In this document: in pieces, positions 61,836-64,000 of the stretch | Layout: each line of letters starts with the position of its first letter | How positions within the stretch are numbered: position 1 is the stretch's first letter | DNA from: an uncultured bacterium | GTDB taxonomy: Bacteria > Fidelibacterota > Marinisomatia > SCGC-AAA003-L08 > GCA-2689995 | Length of the DNA: 64,000 nt | Direction: 5' to 3' | Assembly (NCBI GenBank): GCA_964529325.1 | Contig: CAZGWH010000003.1 | Span: forward strand, 5,119 to 69,118 | The notes under the pieces: model-generated | Databases searched by the model: none | Told to the model about the DNA's origin: nothing | Seen by the model: the letters and a program-made list of their open reading frames with translations, nothing else | Made by a program: the position numbers and the translations under genes

Positions 61836-62577
61836 TTAAAATCATATTTTTTTTCATTTGATTTTGCCATTCAATATTTTCGTTAACTATGTTTATAATA
61901 TTATTGATATTTAATTTAATATTTTCTTTTTTAAATTTATTATAAATTTCTTTTACTATTTTAAAATCTGATATTGTATCAATTGTTAGTCTAATGTTTT
62001 CATTTAAACTATCACAATTTAATTTTTCTAAGTGAATATCAAATTTATTTTTATTTAAGTAAATATAATTTGTAACATGTTCAATGTATTTTGACTCATT
62101 TGTGTTTTCGGCTATTCTTTCTAAAGCTGATAATTTTACCCCTTCAGCCCAAAACCCAAAATGAGATAATATTGTAAGTTTATTATTTGGCAGTTGGTAT
62201 GACCAATAATCTACATTTGAATTTTTAAATTCATTAATCATATTTCTTAAATATGTAATATCTAAAAGTGGATTATCAGCACATATTCTAATAATTTTAT
62301 CTATTTTATTAATTTTCGCAGCATTTATAAAGCGATTTAAAACATTTTCCTCATTACCTCTAAAATATCTAATTTTATTTTTAATTGCAATATTAGCAAT
62401 TTTATTATCTAATATATTATTTGTAGTTGCCAATATTATTGGTATATTTAAATTTGCGTAAGTTAATCGATTTATTAAAATTTCAAGGATTCCAAAGTTA
62501 TTGTAAAAATTCTTTACCATTTTAAAAGGTAAGCGAGTGGAACCATATCGTGCTTGAATTATTATTCCAATTTTCAA
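61825..62577 (-). CDS. Acylneuraminate / SpsF-type cytidylyltransferase
   Basis: TTG 62577 gives MKIGIIIQARYGSTRLP, a canonical N-terminus, and removes the 70-nt overlap with wzz that the listed 62661 start creates. Confidence 0.75.
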
Positions 62578-62591
62578 AATAAACTTATCAA

Positions 62592-63635
62592 TTAATTTTT
62601 TTGATATAATTGTTGAATAATTAAACCAAAAACTTGATTTAAATATATATAAATAATACAAAAAAATAAACCTATAAAAAAGAAGCTAATTACAATAAAT
62701 ATTCTTTTGGGAGATGTTTTTTCAATTGCAGGTTCTCCTTTATCTAATATATTTATTATCGTAGACTCATTAAGTTCGTCTATTTTTGCCACTTCATATT
62801 GCTGTCTTAAAATTATATATACTTGTTGATTAACTTCAATATTTCTTATTAATCGACCTCTTTCTAATTGTAAATTAGGAGTATCTAAGGCAAGTGGGTG
62901 TTTTTCTATAAATGATGTTAATTTTTCTTCAGAAACTGATAAATCATTTTTAGAACTTTCTAATCTTTTTTCAATAAATTTTCGTCTCTCTGAAGATTCA
63001 ATTAAAATTTTATTTCCAATGAAATTCTTTAAATATTCTGCAACATAATTTGATATATCTGCTGATAATTGAGGTTCTTCCATTAAAATAGAAATAATTA
63101 TTAAACCAGACTCCTCTTCTGATATGGAAATTCTATCGTTGAGATTTCTAATTCCAACTTCTAAAAATTTAACATCAATATTTTCTAATTTATTTCCACC
63201 GAAAAAATTGCCAAGTAGCTTACCTATACTGAATTTAGGTTCTTTATCTATTTCCCAATACTTAATTAAATTAATTTCATTTTTAAAGTTATCACTTTCC
63301 CATTTTTTTAATACAATATCTTTTTTAAGCATTCTGCTATTAATTAAATCAGGGATATAAAATGAATTTGATTTTTCTCCTCCTAAATTTATTCCAAATG
63401 TAGATGCAATTCCTTCAAATTGAGATAATGAGCTATTAGAATTTTGTGATTTCTCAGGATATATTGAAATATATGAAGTAAATAATGGTGTTATTAATAA
63501 TGAATAAATAACGGCAAAAAATGAGAATATAAATGTTATATAAAAAATAAACTTTTTCTTTTTTAATAATAATTTAAGAAAATTTATAATATTTACTTCA
63601 TTTACAAAATTTTTATTTGAATTATTATAAGTCAT
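62592..63635 (-). CDS. Wzz-type polysaccharide chain-length determinant
   Basis: N- and C-terminal TM helices flank a coiled-coil periplasmic region. The N-terminal pattern is ..LLKKKKFIFYITFIFSFFAVIYSLL. Confidence 0.7.
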   Translation of the reverse strand: MTYNNSNKNFVNEVNIINFLKLLLKKKKFIFYITFIFSFFAVIYSLLITPLFTSYISIYPEKSQNSNSSLSQFEGIASTFGINLGGEKSNSFYIPDLINSRMLKKDIVLKKWESDNFKNEINLIKYWEIDKEPKFSIGKLLGNFFGGNKLENIDVKFLEVGIRNLNDRISISEEESGLIIISILMEEPQLSADISNYVAEYLKNFIGNKILIESSERRKFIEKRLESSKNDLSVSEEKLTSFIEKHPLALDTPNLQLERGRLIRNIEVNQQVYIILRQQYEVAKIDELNESTIINILDKGEPAIEKTSPKRIFIVISFFFIGLFFCIIYIYLNQVFGLIIQQLYQKN

Positions 63636-63636
63636 C

Positions 63637-64000
63637 TTAATTTCCGATTAAATTTTGTATTACGATAATTGTTGTTGCAACTTGGCTGATAATAGCCATC
63701 CAATCCTTAAATCTACTCCATGAATTAAATTCTAACTTCTCAGCTATAAAGATAATATCACCACTTTCTAATTTATCATTAATTGAAAATGGATATCTTT
63801 GCCCTGTACTATATTTTATAATATATTTATTTTTTGTAGAGTTTTCATTTAGACCACCAGCAAGCTCTAAATAGTCAATTGTTTTATATTGGCTAAAAAA
63901 TGGATATCTACCTGGGTTTTGAACAGCTCCAATTACTTCAATATAATTTAATCTTCGCGGTATAATTATGTTATCACCTGAAGAAATTTTGAAATTATAT
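63637..64000 (-). CDS. Wza-type polysaccharide export protein, C-terminal part (gene continues off-window)
   Basis: Manual reverse translation gives ...SSGDNIIIPRRLNYIEVIGAVQNPGRYPF...LESGDIIFIAEK...IIVIQNLIGN-stop (SLBB-like repeats). The stop is at 63637-63639. It is absent from the ORF track because it is truncated by the window edge. Confidence 0.8.
   Translation of the reverse strand, partial: YNFKISSGDNIIIPRRLNYIEVIGAVQNPGRYPFFSQYKTIDYLELAGGLNENSTKNKYIIKYSTGQRYPFSINDKLESGDIIFIAEKLEFNSWSRFKDWMAIISQVATTIIVIQNLIGN

Overview
This is a strongly AT-rich, very tightly packed bacterial chromosome segment with about 65 genes, many start/stop overlaps and almost no non-coding DNA. I found no rRNA, tRNA, CRISPR array, transposase or integrase.

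Lineage (inference only): a Por/T9SS-type C-terminal sorting domain, DUF2851- and DUF4837-like proteins, a bS22-like mini-protein and generally absent Shine-Dalgarno sequences point to a streamlined marine FCB-group genome (Bacteroidota- or Marinimicrobia-like).

Layout:
- 1-5226: an accessory-looking, translationally coupled six-gene operon. It encodes an atypical RecQ-family helicase (5' end off-window), a coiled-coil protein, a SpoVG-fold protein, an ADP-ribosylglycohydrolase, a two-TM peptide and an orphan protein. A GC-rich nested-stem element follows in the gap at 5227-5481.
- 5482-8042: ROK kinase and a small lipoprotein / coiled-coil / plant-type LRR operon.
- 8095-14878: glycoconjugate locus 1 (CDP-alcohol phosphatidyltransferase, sulfotransferase, GT4, flippase, YfhO-like protein).
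- 14871-23393: orphan histidine kinase, MarC, an FGase-like lipoprotein, a T9SS cargo protein, an AtuA-like / carboxyltransferase / crotonase cluster and accA.
- 23394-35652: envelope and housekeeping genes on the minus strand. These include a GT2 fused to an apparently dead phosphoglycosyl-transferase domain, polyprenol-P-sugar synthase, rfbD, purE, RNase R, lgt, a CPBP protease and lepA.
- 36002-44297: one plus-strand string (purL, ybdK-like ligase, M20 amidohydrolase, CPBP protease, penicillin-acylase family protein, PduO-type adenosyltransferase).
- 44300-54208: minus-strand housekeeping genes (nadK, xseBA, bS22-like, HU/IHF, sppA, an MltD-like protein, DUF2851, plsC, serS, an outer-membrane barrel).
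- 54181-64000: glycoconjugate locus 2, with a nonulosonic-acid (KDN-type) module, a GT52-like transferase, and Wzx, Wzy, Wzz and Wza proteins (Wza runs off-window).

The best candidate for something undescribed is the helicase / SpoVG / ARH operon at the left edge. A secondary theme is several genes whose conserved N-termini lack any ATG, GTG or TTG start and seem to need ATA-type initiation.
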